IMG/VR virus record: IMGVR_UViG_3300017446_000010
Location: 1-42,036 of that record
Direction: 5' to 3' (one strand)
Length of the DNA: 42,036 bases
Source of the DNA: a virus
The position numbers were made by a program, and so were the translations under genes. This document shows, piece after piece, positions 31,111 through 38,885 of the stretch; position 1 is the first letter of the stretch; every line of letters begins with the position of its first letter. The notes under the pieces are model-generated. The model ran no database searches, was not told the DNA's origin, and saw only the letters and a program-made list of their open reading frames with translations.

Positions 31111-31397
31111 CAGAAGCCGAACGTCGACTGCATGCCGAGCGCTTCCATGTAGATCTGCAGGATAGCGTTCTCTTCCTGGACCTCTTCGGCGCGCTTCTTG
31201 CGGATCGAAAGGATCTTGCGGATTGCCTTGGGGTCGTACCCACGGCTCTTGGCTTCGGCCATCACGTCCTTGATGTCGTCGCTGATCCCCTTCTTCTCTT
31301 CTTCAAGGCGCTCGGCGCGCTCGATCAGGAGGCGCAGTTCGTCGGCCGCGACTTGTCCGCCGCCCATGCCGTGCTGTCGTGTGGTCTGTTCGGTCAT
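31110..31397 (-). CDS. GapR-like DUF2312 (UPF0335) DNA-binding protein
   Basis: [48 protein letters not shown]...[11 protein letters not shown] matches the DUF2312 consensus. Internal ATG at 31397 of the track ORF. Confidence 0.8.
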   Translation of the reverse strand: MTEQTTRQHGMGGGQVAADELRLLIERAERLEEEKKGISDDIKDVMAEAKSRGYDPKAIRKILSIRKKRAEEVQEENAILQIYMEALGMQSTFGF

Positions 31398-31410
31398 GCT
31401 GGGTTCCTGT

Positions 31411-31974
31411 TCAGAGCGAAGCACTGGCGATGCCGCCAATGGTGAAATCGGGGTTACTGGTGCGGAAGTCGGGGGCAGCGACGAGGCCGGCGCCATTGCG
31501 AAGGCGCTCCATGTCGCGTTCAAATGGGCTCATTGCGGCCTTGCGCTTCCGCTCGCGGAGAGCTTCGTCGTCGCGGATCATCTGCTTGGCCTCAGCCGCA
31601 GTCATGTGCTTCTTGAGGGCTACGCACTCGTCCCAGCGGCTTTCCGGAATACCGGGATATGCTGCTTGGCGCTGACGACGACGGCGCTCCGTAGCGTCGA
31701 ACTCATAGGCCTTTGCGAGGTTAGCCATCGCGAACTCACGCGTCTTGGCGCGGCCCTCAGGTGAGGCCCGCCAGCGAGCGAGGTTCTTGGCCGACATCGC
31801 GGTGCGCTCGGCGCGATGCACTGGATCGGTGAGATACCGCTTCAAGCCAGCCGTCGAGCGCGCCTGCACCTCGGGGTTGCACATCGTGGCCTTGCAGCGG
31901 CACGGACGGCACAAGCCAGATTTGTTCTTGGCGCCCAGCTCGGTGCCGCAACCGGTGGAGCAGACGCGGCTCAT
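31411..31974 (-). CDS. Hypothetical protein with N-terminal Cys4 zinc ribbon, 187 aa
   Basis: The ATG at 31974 overlaps the upstream stop (ATGA). Sequence: [23 protein letters not shown]. Basic helical remainder. Confidence 0.55.
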   Translation of the reverse strand: MSRVCSTGCGTELGAKNKSGLCRPCRCKATMCNPEVQARSTAGLKRYLTDPVHRAERTAMSAKNLARWRASPEGRAKTREFAMANLAKAYEFDATERRRRQRQAAYPGIPESRWDECVALKKHMTAAEAKQMIRDDEALRERKRKAAMSPFERDMERLRNGAGLVAAPDFRTSNPDFTIGGIASASL

Positions 31975-32156
31975 GCCCGCCACCCCAGCTTGGCGACATC
32001 GCCGCGAGCAACACAGCCACGAAGGGTGTCGAGCATGGCGGTACGCTTGGCCTTCTGAATGCGGGCTTCATCGCTAAGGATGCGGGCTGCTTCCGAAGGT
32101 GTCGGAGCGGCCGGCGTGCGGTTGATACCGAACGGCCAGAATGGGATGCCGCTCAT
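31971..32156 (-). CDS. Hypothetical protein, 61 aa
   Basis: ATGA overlaps at both ends. Confidence 0.5.
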   Translation of the reverse strand: MSGIPFWPFGINRTPAAPTPSEAARILSDEARIQKAKRTAMLDTLRGCVARGDVAKLGWRA

Positions 32157-32584
32157 GCTGCGACGCTCCCGCGCATCTGCACGACCTTGCCGTCCAGCAG
32201 AGCGCGCTCGCAGTCGGCGATCTCGCGACCAGCAGGGCTATCAGCCTGATGTGCCTTGCCCTTCGCTGCGAGATAGTCGCGGCACACGGTCTCGACCTCG
32301 TCGTGGTCGATCGCTTCCGGCGCGCGGACGATCTGGAAGCCCGGGGGGAGCATCAGCGACAGCAGGTCGGACGGCAGCGCCTCGGTAGCGAGCAGCCGGT
32401 ACAGAGCGGCAACCGACATGACGGCAGGCTGGGCGTGTGCGTCTTCCGGGAAGTAGGAAAGCACGGTCGACGAGGAATCCCATCCCCCGTCCAGCTGCAC
32501 TGCTTTGATCGAAATACCGCGGCGGTTCATCTCGCGGCGAACCAGCTTCTGCCGGTCGCGCACGATATTGGTGGCATCAGCCAT
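32153..32584 (-). CDS. Hypothetical early protein, 143 aa (possible DNA-binding regulator)
   Basis: N-terminus IVRDRQKLVRREMNRRGISIKAVQLDGG is HTH-like. Early-left operon context. Confidence 0.45.
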   Translation of the reverse strand: MADATNIVRDRQKLVRREMNRRGISIKAVQLDGGWDSSSTVLSYFPEDAHAQPAVMSVAALYRLLATEALPSDLLSLMLPPGFQIVRAPEAIDHDEVETVCRDYLAAKGKAHQADSPAGREIADCERALLDGKVVQMRGSVAA

Positions 32585-32801
32585 GATCCTGCTCCCGATT
32601 TGCTAGAGTAAAACCTTGATGGAAATCATTGATCACCCCCGACTGGCGGACTGCCCGCAAAGCTTCAGGGTCGCCGTGGCACGCCTCATGCTCGTCTGGT
32701 TCTGGGCTAGCTGGGATGGCGCGGGCGATGAGCAGCGCGAGGGCGCAGCCGAGAACGGTCCAGGCCAGCGCAACGAACGCTACGGTTTCGCCGGGACTCA
32801 T
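32577..32801 (-). CDS. Small single-TM membrane protein, 74 aa
   Basis: VAFVALAWTVLGCALALLIARAI hydrophobic helix. ATGA overlap upstream. Confidence 0.5.
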   Translation of the reverse strand: MSPGETVAFVALAWTVLGCALALLIARAIPASPEPDEHEACHGDPEALRAVRQSGVINDFHQGFTLANREQDHG

Positions 32802-33001
32802 GACGTCACCTGCGCGGTCAGCAGCGCCATGCGGTCGTCATGCTGACCCTTACCGAGACCCTCTTGGTAGAGCGTCAGGAGCGCGGCGAGATAACCACGC
32901 TGGTATTCGGTCTCGACTGGATCGTTGAGGAAGCCTGCGAATGCCTGCTCGATATAGCGGCTGGCGCGGACGGCATCGAAGCTGATGATCTCGGCGCTCA
33001 T
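32798..33001 (-). CDS. Hypothetical protein, 67 aa
   Basis: The ATG at 33001 overlaps the Cro-like stop (ATGA). Sequence: MSAEIISFDAVRASRYIEQAFAGF... Confidence 0.5.
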   Translation of the reverse strand: MSAEIISFDAVRASRYIEQAFAGFLNDPVETEYQRGYLAALLTLYQEGLGKGQHDDRMALLTAQVTS

Positions 33002-33225
33002 GCGGCTACCGATGAGGTAGAGGGCCTCCATGGCTCGACCGTTTCCAACATCGCGATCTGCTCGTCGGTGAGCGCGGCGATCGGCGATGCTTTCCACCCG
33101 GTCGTGCGGAATATGTGGATTGCCAATGGACGAGACGGTGAGCGGCGAAGCTTGACGATCTCGTGTGCGTAGGACTTGCTGATGTCAGCAGCCTCTGCCA
33201 GCTTGATGTATGACGGTGCTTCCAT
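32998..33225 (-). CDS. Cro-like HTH regulator, first gene of the leftward operon
   Basis: IKLAEAADISKSYAHEIVKLRRSPS is HTH-like. Divergent from the repressor gene across an operator-containing spacer. Confidence 0.6.
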   Translation of the reverse strand: MEAPSYIKLAEAADISKSYAHEIVKLRRSPSRPLAIHIFRTTGWKASPIAALTDEQIAMLETVEPWRPSTSSVAA

Positions 33226-33233
33226 TCATCGAC

Positions 33234-33250
33234 ATTCGCAGATTGCGAAT
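33234..33250. promoter_or_regulatory. Operator palindrome ATTCGCA-GAT-TGCGAAT (left operator, between the cro-like and repressor genes)
   Basis: Perfect 7-3-7 inverted repeat read directly. Half-sites TTCGCA (33270-33275) and TGCGAA (33313-33318) lie nearby. A palindromic TTGCAA at 33255-33260 could serve as a -35 on either strand. Confidence 0.7.
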
Positions 33251-33319
33251 ATCTTTGCAAGTGCCGAATTTCGCAATTCCGGGAACGACCGAAATGGTTC
33301 AATACCGCAGAATGCGAAC

Positions 33320-33652
33320 ATGGAAGAAGACGACAAAAACGGCGGACCGAATCACCTGCGAGCGTGGATGATTTACCGCAATATGAAGGGTATCGATTTG
33401 GCGGAAGCGCTGGGAGGCAGCGTGACCCCAGGCATGGTGAGTGACCTAGCAAACGGTAAGCGTGCGCTGTCAGCCAAGTGGCTGCGACGCCTTGCTCCGG
33501 TCCTCAATACGACGCCTGGCATGCTCCTAGACCACGATCCGCGTGAGCTATCGGCGGATTTGCTCGACATATGGGGCAGCGCTGACTTAACTCTGCGCCG
33601 CCAGCTTATCGACGTTGCAAAGGCCATCGTGCGCACGGGGACTGACGGATGA
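33320..33652 (+). CDS. XRE-family HTH repressor (CI-like, 110 aa, no S24 peptidase domain)
   Basis: LRAWMIYRNMKGIDLAEALGGSVTPGMVSDLANGKRALSAKWLRRLAPVLNTTPGMLL is a classic HTH_3 domain. Flanked by the operators. Confidence 0.7.
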   Translation: MEEDDKNGGPNHLRAWMIYRNMKGIDLAEALGGSVTPGMVSDLANGKRALSAKWLRRLAPVLNTTPGMLLDHDPRELSADLLDIWGSADLTLRRQLIDVAKAIVRTGTDG

Positions 33653-33765
33653 AGGACATCGGGCCGATCGCAGGCATTGTCGGAATGATGTTGATCCCCT
33701 TCGCGCGCATGGGCTGGATGCGGTTTCGCCTCTGGCGCGGGCGTCGGAGGGCGGGCCGAAAATAA
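33649..33765 (+). CDS. 38-aa membrane peptide translationally coupled to the repressor
   Basis: The ATG at 33649 overlaps the repressor stop (ATGA). Sequence: MKDIGPIAGIVGMMLIPFARMGWMRFRLWRGRRRAGRK*. One hydrophobic helix followed by an Arg-rich tail. Confidence 0.45.
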   Translation: MKDIGPIAGIVGMMLIPFARMGWMRFRLWRGRRRAGRK

Positions 33766-33767
33766 TA

Positions 33768-33784
33768 TTTCGCAATCTGCGAAT
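33768..33784. promoter_or_regulatory. Operator palindrome TTTCGCA-ATC-TGCGAAT (right operator 1)
   Basis: 7-3-7 inverted repeat with one outer mismatch, read directly. Confidence 0.65.
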
Positions 33785-33800
33785 TACCGTTTGACCTAAC

Positions 33801-33817
33801 ATTCGCAATATGCGAAT
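33801..33817. promoter_or_regulatory. Operator palindrome ATTCGCA-ATA-TGCGAAT (right operator 2), overlapping a putative rightward early promoter
   Basis: Perfect 7-3-7 inverted repeat. TTGACC at 33791-33796 lies immediately upstream, and the first rightward gene starts at 33865. Confidence 0.7.
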
Positions 33818-33864
33818 ACGTCTCCAACAGGCAGCGAATTGATCGCACCTGATTGGAGGCTAGA

Positions 33865-34110
33865 ATGTCCCAAACTGCGCACACCGTGGCACAGCCGATC
33901 CGTGAGATCGACGTATTCACTGACGCTGACGGCGACCTGCTATATTACAAGGTAGGCCGTCAGGGCGTCACTCGCATCGAAGCGATCACCAAGCCCGGCC
34001 TGCATTGCGATATCCCGTATGTTCAGGTTTGGATGGGTCAGACGTGCGAGGCTGAGCTCTGCCAGCACAACATCATTGGGGTCTATTTTGACCCGGCGGT
34101 GTCGGCATGA
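33865..34110 (+). CDS. Hypothetical early protein, 81 aa
   Basis: The ATG at 33865 has a GGAGG SD 5 nt upstream; the track start at 33853 is TTG. Confidence 0.6.
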   Translation: MSQTAHTVAQPIREIDVFTDADGDLLYYKVGRQGVTRIEAITKPGLHCDIPYVQVWMGQTCEAELCQHNIIGVYFDPAVSA

Positions 34111-34367
34111 ACGCCCCGGTCCGCATCACCGCTGCCAACGACGCGCGCTTCGACCTTCCGATGTCGGTAGTAACGCGTGCAGCGCTCGCCCTTCCCCCTC
34201 TCCAGCAGATCGAGCTTCTTCGGCTCCTGACTGGTGAGTTCACGTGGTCGCTCGGCTCTGACGAGGTCGACCGCGGCATCGACATGATCCTAGTCGACTT
34301 CCGCGATGGTGCGGAGGCTGCTCGGGTGGTCGGTTATGACGCTCCGGTTCGTGGCGGTGTGGCATGA
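34107..34367 (+). CDS. Hypothetical early protein, 86 aa
   Basis: ATGA overlaps at both ends. Confidence 0.55.
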   Translation: MNAPVRITAANDARFDLPMSVVTRAALALPPLQQIELLRLLTGEFTWSLGSDEVDRGIDMILVDFRDGAEAARVVGYDAPVRGGVA

Positions 34368-34567
34368 CTGCGCAGCACACTCCGGGGCTTTGGGCACAAT
34401 GGGCTGGCGGCGAATGTCCGGTCCGTGGCGAAACGGTCGACGTCCGCAAGCGTGATAACAGCTTATCTCTTCATCTGCCAGCAGAGCGGTTGAATTGGGC
34501 TCATTCCACTGGCGCTCTGGCGGGCTATGCATCCGACATCATCGCCTACCGTGTGGTGTCGGCATGA
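34364..34567 (+). CDS. Hypothetical early protein, 67 aa
   Basis: ATGA overlaps. Sequence: ...RLNWAHSTGALAGYASDIIAYRVV. Confidence 0.55.
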   Translation: MTAQHTPGLWAQWAGGECPVRGETVDVRKRDNSLSLHLPAERLNWAHSTGALAGYASDIIAYRVVSA

Positions 34568-34842
34568 GCCCCGACGAAGCCCGCACGCTGTTCCTCGACC
34601 AGCTTGGCCCTAACGACACGCTTGCTCGGTACGGTGAGAAGGCGGCTGTCGCTGCGATCTTCGCTGCAACGGCGCGACCTGAGACATCGCAATACGCGGA
34701 CTGCGTTCAGCGCGATGATATCCGCCGCAGCATTATCCGCCAGCTCGGCGATGACCCCTACGCCGACCGCATCATCCTCAACGGCACGGATTGGGACATC
34801 GTCCTTGAGGCGCTGAACAATCGCACGGAGGCGCTGGCATGA
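34564..34842 (+). CDS. Hypothetical early protein, 92 aa
   Basis: Internal ATG of track ORF 34495..34842, overlapping the upstream stop (ATGA). Confidence 0.55.
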   Translation: MSPDEARTLFLDQLGPNDTLARYGEKAAVAAIFAATARPETSQYADCVQRDDIRRSIIRQLGDDPYADRIILNGTDWDIVLEALNNRTEALA

Positions 34843-35090
34843 TCCCCTCGGACCGCCAGATCGCCAACGAGATCCGCGCCCTCCCCGGCCTTGGTCGGAT
34901 GCAGGCAATCAACAGGATCAGGTCGCGTGAGTGGATCCTGCAGGCTCGTCGTGATGCCCTGCCCTGCCCTCTCGCGATGTTCGCCGCAGCTTCCGAGGAC
35001 TTCGACCGCTTGGCCGATGCTCTGGCTGCTGACCTTGCCGCCAGCCGTGCGCGGATTGCCGCTCGCACTCAGGAGATCACGACATGCTGA
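34839..35090 (+). CDS. Hypothetical early protein, 83 aa
   Basis: ATGA overlap upstream. Confidence 0.55.
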   Translation: MIPSDRQIANEIRALPGLGRMQAINRIRSREWILQARRDALPCPLAMFAAASEDFDRLADALAADLAASRARIAARTQEITTC

Positions 35091-35338
35091 TGCTCAAGAC
35101 CACGCACGACCGGATCGTTGCGGAGGGTGCTGCGGCACGTGCTGCCGCTGCTGGTCGCGCCCAAGCGTATGCGGGTCTGTTGCGCGATGCTCGCCTGAAC
35201 AACGCACGCTTGAACGACGAGTGTGATGCGCTTGCCGAGAAGGTTGCTCGCCTCGAACACCGGCTTGCTGCCTTCACCGCACCCCGCCCTCGCAATGCGA
35301 AGGGCCATTTCGTCTCGACTAAGGGAGCGCAGGCATGA
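35084..35338 (+). CDS. Hypothetical coiled-coil protein, 84 aa
   Basis: Overlaps the upstream gene by 7 nt. Ala/Arg-rich helix. Confidence 0.5.
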   Translation: MLMLKTTHDRIVAEGAAARAAAAGRAQAYAGLLRDARLNNARLNDECDALAEKVARLEHRLAAFTAPRPRNAKGHFVSTKGAQA

Positions 35339-35484
35339 GCATCCCCGCAAGCACCAAGGCGGCAACCCGCGCCCGCCCTTTCAACCCCGGCGCTGCACCA
35401 TCGCCTTTTCCTCTCCGCTGCTTTGACGGTCGGACATGGGCTGAGCGTGCGGCTGACATGAAGCAGAAGGATCAAGCGGCATGA
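35335..35484 (+). CDS. Hypothetical protein, 49 aa (below the ORF-track cutoff)
   Basis: ATGA overlaps at both ends. Sequence: MSIPASTKAATRARPFNPGAAPSPFPLRCFDGRTWAERAADMKQKDQAA*. Confidence 0.4.
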   Translation: MSIPASTKAATRARPFNPGAAPSPFPLRCFDGRTWAERAADMKQKDQAA

Positions 35485-35756
35485 GCCCAGCTGAGATCAA
35501 CGCAATCGGCGTCATGCTCCAGAGCATCCGCCATCACGACGAGAACCTCCTCACCTTGGCGTTCACCGCGCACGCACCGAATGCCGAGAGCTTCGACGGC
35601 AGCGTGTCCGTCACCGTCGCCAACCACGTCGACACCGCCACCAGCGAGAGCGTCACGCTCGACTGCGCGCTTCACATGGCCCGCGCCAAACTGCGGAACA
35701 TGGCTGAGGCCCGGGTCAAGGCTGCGGCTGACATGAAGAAGGATAAGGCAGCATGA
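35481..35756 (+). CDS. Hypothetical protein, 91 aa
   Basis: ATGA overlaps at both ends. The C-terminus KAAADMKKDKAA repeats the tail of the preceding ORF. Confidence 0.55.
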   Translation: MSPAEINAIGVMLQSIRHHDENLLTLAFTAHAPNAESFDGSVSVTVANHVDTATSESVTLDCALHMARAKLRNMAEARVKAAADMKKDKAA

Positions 35757-36445
35757 CTGCAGTCTACAAAGCAATTGCCGCTGTCTCAGGCGAAATGGCC
35801 AAGGACGGCATTGGCAAGGATCGCCGCAACAGCCAGCAGGGCTATAACTTCCGCGGCATCGACGACGTGTTTAACGCCTTGTCGCCGCTGCTGGCCAAGC
35901 ACGGTCTGTGCATCCTGCCGCGCTGCATCAATCGTTCGCAGGTCGAGCGCACCAGCGCGAAGGGCGGTGCGCTGTTCTACACGACTGTCGATGTCGAGTT
36001 TGACTTCGTGGCTGCGGAGGACGGATCTAAGCACACGATCCGCGTCCCAGGCGAGGCGATGGACAGTGCCGACAAGTCGACCAACAAGGCGATGTCGGCC
36101 GCGTACAAGTATGCGGCCATGCAGGCCTTTTGCATCCCCACCGAAGGCGACAACGATGCCGACAGCACGACGCACGAAGTTGCGCCACGTCAGCAGGCAC
36201 CGCGGCACGATCCGATCGAGCTGATCACCGATGCGCAGCGCGATCAGATGCTGGCGCTGGCTATGACCAAGAACATTGACGCTCGCACCATCTGTGAGAC
36301 CGGCAAGATCGCCTCGATAAAGGAGCTCCCGTCCGCTCGCTTTCAGGGGCTGATGGACTGGCTCGGCAAGCAGGCAAAGCGCGAGGTCGGCACTTCCACT
36401 GGAGCGCCGGCCAGCGATCTCGTTGACGACGAAATCCCCTACTAG
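35753..36445 (+). CDS. erf: ERF-family single-strand annealing protein
   Basis: GYNFRGIDDVFNALSPLLAKHGL...KSTNKAMSAAYKYAAMQAFCIPT matches the Erf superfamily core (GY.Y..l.dv...v.p.L.khGi ... qa.gSa.tY.rRY). Confidence 0.8.
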   Translation: MTAVYKAIAAVSGEMAKDGIGKDRRNSQQGYNFRGIDDVFNALSPLLAKHGLCILPRCINRSQVERTSAKGGALFYTTVDVEFDFVAAEDGSKHTIRVPGEAMDSADKSTNKAMSAAYKYAAMQAFCIPTEGDNDADSTTHEVAPRQQAPRHDPIELITDAQRDQMLALAMTKNIDARTICETGKIASIKELPSARFQGLMDWLGKQAKREVGTSTGAPASDLVDDEIPY

Positions 36446-36456
36446 GAGCCGATGAC

Positions 36457-37152
36457 ATGGACGCTAATCCACGCGCCGTAATCGGCGGAAACTCGCCACC
36501 CGACCCGATCGACACCGCGCTGGCGCCGTTCGGCGAGACGTTGGAGGAGGTCGCCAACTGGCTCGACGGCCTGCTAGTCGAGAACGACGGGCAGCTCGCG
36601 GCTACCGACAAGCTGCTCAAGGATTTGAAAGCAGCGCGCAAGGCGGTCGATACCGCACGCGACGACGTGACGAAGCCACTCCACGAAATGTGGAAGGCCG
36701 AGATCGCGCGGTGGAAGCCGACGCAGGACGATCTTGACCGGCAGGTGAAGTGCCTCGTCGCCGCACAGTCGCCCTACAAGGCTAAGCTGGCAGCGGAGAA
36801 GGAGGCGGCACGCGTCGCCGCGCAGGCCGAAGCCGATGCCAAGGCCGAGGAAGCGCGGCAAGCCCATCTCGCGGCGAACGCGGCCAGCCTGGAGGACCAG
36901 CGCAAAGCCGACGACCTGATGAAGCAGGCCGAACAAGCCCGCAAGATCGCGGCCCGCGCTGGCAAGAACACGGTCGCGGGGATGCGGACGGTTCATACCT
37001 TCGAGATCGAGAGCCACAAGCAGGCGCTGACGTGGATTGCCACACACGACCGCGACGCACTGACGGCGTTCATCGAGGACTACGTGCGCCGCAGCTTCAA
37101 GGCGGGCCCGATCGATGGCGTGATCGTCCGTAACGAAAAGGTGGCGTTCTGA
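36457..37152 (+). CDS. Hypothetical coiled-coil protein, 231 aa, in the recombination module
   Basis: Long Ala/Lys/Glu coiled coil. Adjacent to erf. Confidence 0.55.
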   Translation: MDANPRAVIGGNSPPDPIDTALAPFGETLEEVANWLDGLLVENDGQLAATDKLLKDLKAARKAVDTARDDVTKPLHEMWKAEIARWKPTQDDLDRQVKCLVAAQSPYKAKLAAEKEAARVAAQAEADAKAEEARQAHLAANAASLEDQRKADDLMKQAEQARKIAARAGKNTVAGMRTVHTFEIESHKQALTWIATHDRDALTAFIEDYVRRSFKAGPIDGVIVRNEKVAF

Positions 37153-37496
37153 TGGCGCTCCCCGCACGCATCCCCAAGAAGCCGAAGCGCGACAGCCGCT
37201 GGCGCTCGCCCGCGCACTGCAACTTCGTCCGGTCGTATGCCTGCTCGGTATGCGGATCAACAACCGCGATCGAGGTGGCGCATGTCCGCATCGGTTCAGG
37301 CGCCGGCATGGGTCAGAAGCCAGATGACTGGCGCACCGTTTCGCTGTGCGCCGAGCACCATCAGCGCCAGCACAATATCGGGGAGGCAACGTTTTGGCGG
37401 GGGCGCGATGTCGAGGCGCTGGTCGCTGCCTTCATCGCCGCCAGCCCGCGCAAGCTCGAGATCGCACAGGCGCAACGGGAGAGGTCCAATGGCTGA
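37152..37496 (+). CDS. HNH/zinc-binding nuclease-like protein (DUF968-like)
   Basis: CSVCGS...AHVR...SLCAEHHQRQH gives a Cys/His pattern of HNH type. Confidence 0.5.
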   Translation: MALPARIPKKPKRDSRWRSPAHCNFVRSYACSVCGSTTAIEVAHVRIGSGAGMGQKPDDWRTVSLCAEHHQRQHNIGEATFWRGRDVEALVAAFIAASPRKLEIAQAQRERSNG

Positions 37497-37929
37497 CCAG
37501 CCACCCCTTATCTTTCGGCGCGTGCTCGGTGGGCTCAGGCCTATCGGACCGATCGCCGAAGCCGCGCTGTCCGCACTGGACGACGGCCCAGTCCGGGTTC
37601 GCATCACTCGCACCGCGGGCAATGTGCGGCGTAACGCGCTTTACTGGACCATCCTCGGCATTGCCGCCCCGATGCTATCGGAGCGGATCGAGGGTGACGC
37701 GATCGATCCCGAGATGCTGCACAGGATTCTCAAAGATCGCCGCGGCCTGGTTCGCCTGATCCACCTTCCGAGCGGCGACACCATCAAGGACTACGACAGC
37801 ACGTCGTTCGCCAAGATGCCGGAGAACGAGCGCGCTGCCTTCGTGACGTGGAGCTTCGAGACGCTGAGCAAATGGCTCGGCGTGCCGGTCGAGGCACTGT
37901 TGACCGAAGGCAAGGCGGTTGCAGCATGA
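37489..37929 (+). CDS. NinB/Orf-like (DUF1367-like) recombination-associated protein
   Basis: The ATG at 37489 follows GGGAGAGG. RRNALYWTILGIAAPMLSE...STSFAKMPENERAAF loosely parallels lambda NinB QNRKLWACLGDVS...STSRMRVGEFAEL. Confidence 0.4.
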   Translation: MADQPPLIFRRVLGGLRPIGPIAEAALSALDDGPVRVRITRTAGNVRRNALYWTILGIAAPMLSERIEGDAIDPEMLHRILKDRRGLVRLIHLPSGDTIKDYDSTSFAKMPENERAAFVTWSFETLSKWLGVPVEALLTEGKAVAA

Positions 37930-38885
37930 GTGCGCAAGCGATGAGCGCCGGCACGGCTGAGACGCGCAGCGGCTCAGGGCGCCAGCCCGCCAGCGCGGTC
38001 GGCCCCGCCGATGCGCCCAACCCACTCTATCAGGAAGGTTATTCCATGACCGACAACACTGACCGCCTCGCCTCTGTATCATCCGCGAGTGCAGAGCATG
38101 GATACGTTGCTTACGGCCCCGATGGCCATTGGCATTGGTCGGCAGAGTTTTCCGCGCATGAGAGCGTTGAGGATCAGCGCCCCGCAACCTTGCTCGAAAA
38201 GCGACTGTTCAACGCTATTCGCAATACCACCGAGAGCCTGTCGCAATATACGATCCCCGAGGGTATGGTGGCATGGGGCCAAAGCGCCCCCGCACCGACG
38301 GATTGGGATGGCGGGAACTGCTTTAACGCTGATGGCGATTGGGTGATCCCTTTAACGGATGACCGGTGGCTAAGCGGAAACATCGTTGCCTACACCCCCG
38401 CATCCCCCGAACCTGTACCCGCGACCAATCAGGCGGGAGAGGTGGAGCTAGCGAAGCGCATCGGTAAGGTGCAGGTGAATATGAGCATGGATGTCCGCGA
38501 GATCATCCTGCACGGTTCTCCGAACGCAGATGTTGACGCCATTTTGAGGGAGATCGCCGCCCTCACTACCCAGCCCGCAACGTCGCAGGAGGGGGAGGCG
38601 TGCAGCTTCTGTAGCGGGCGCGCTGCGACGACCGTTGCTGACGATAGCGATGTCTTCCCCGCCTGCCCTACTTGCGCCGCCGCATGGGTCGCCGATCCTG
38701 GCTTTGCCCTCGCCGCCACCCCGACGCCTCCCACCCTATCGGAGGACTTGCGGGAGATCGAAAGGCTGGTTGGCGAGGCGAAAGAGTTTGCCGATTGTGC
38801 GCAGACGGATGGTTTCGACCCATCAGACGCACTTGATCTGATCCGCGAGTTCGCCGCGTTAAGTCATGTGCAGGTGAAGGCATGA
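37926..38885 (+). CDS. Hypothetical protein, about 319 aa, with a C-terminal Cys4 motif
   Basis: The ATG at 37926 overlaps the upstream stop (ATGA). Sequence: CSFCSG...FPACPTC. Confidence 0.5.
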   Translation: MSAQAMSAGTAETRSGSGRQPASAVGPADAPNPLYQEGYSMTDNTDRLASVSSASAEHGYVAYGPDGHWHWSAEFSAHESVEDQRPATLLEKRLFNAIRNTTESLSQYTIPEGMVAWGQSAPAPTDWDGGNCFNADGDWVIPLTDDRWLSGNIVAYTPASPEPVPATNQAGEVELAKRIGKVQVNMSMDVREIILHGSPNADVDAILREIAALTTQPATSQEGEACSFCSGRAATTVADDSDVFPACPTCAAAWVADPGFALAATPTPPTLSEDLREIERLVGEAKEFADCAQTDGFDPSDALDLIREFAALSHVQVKA

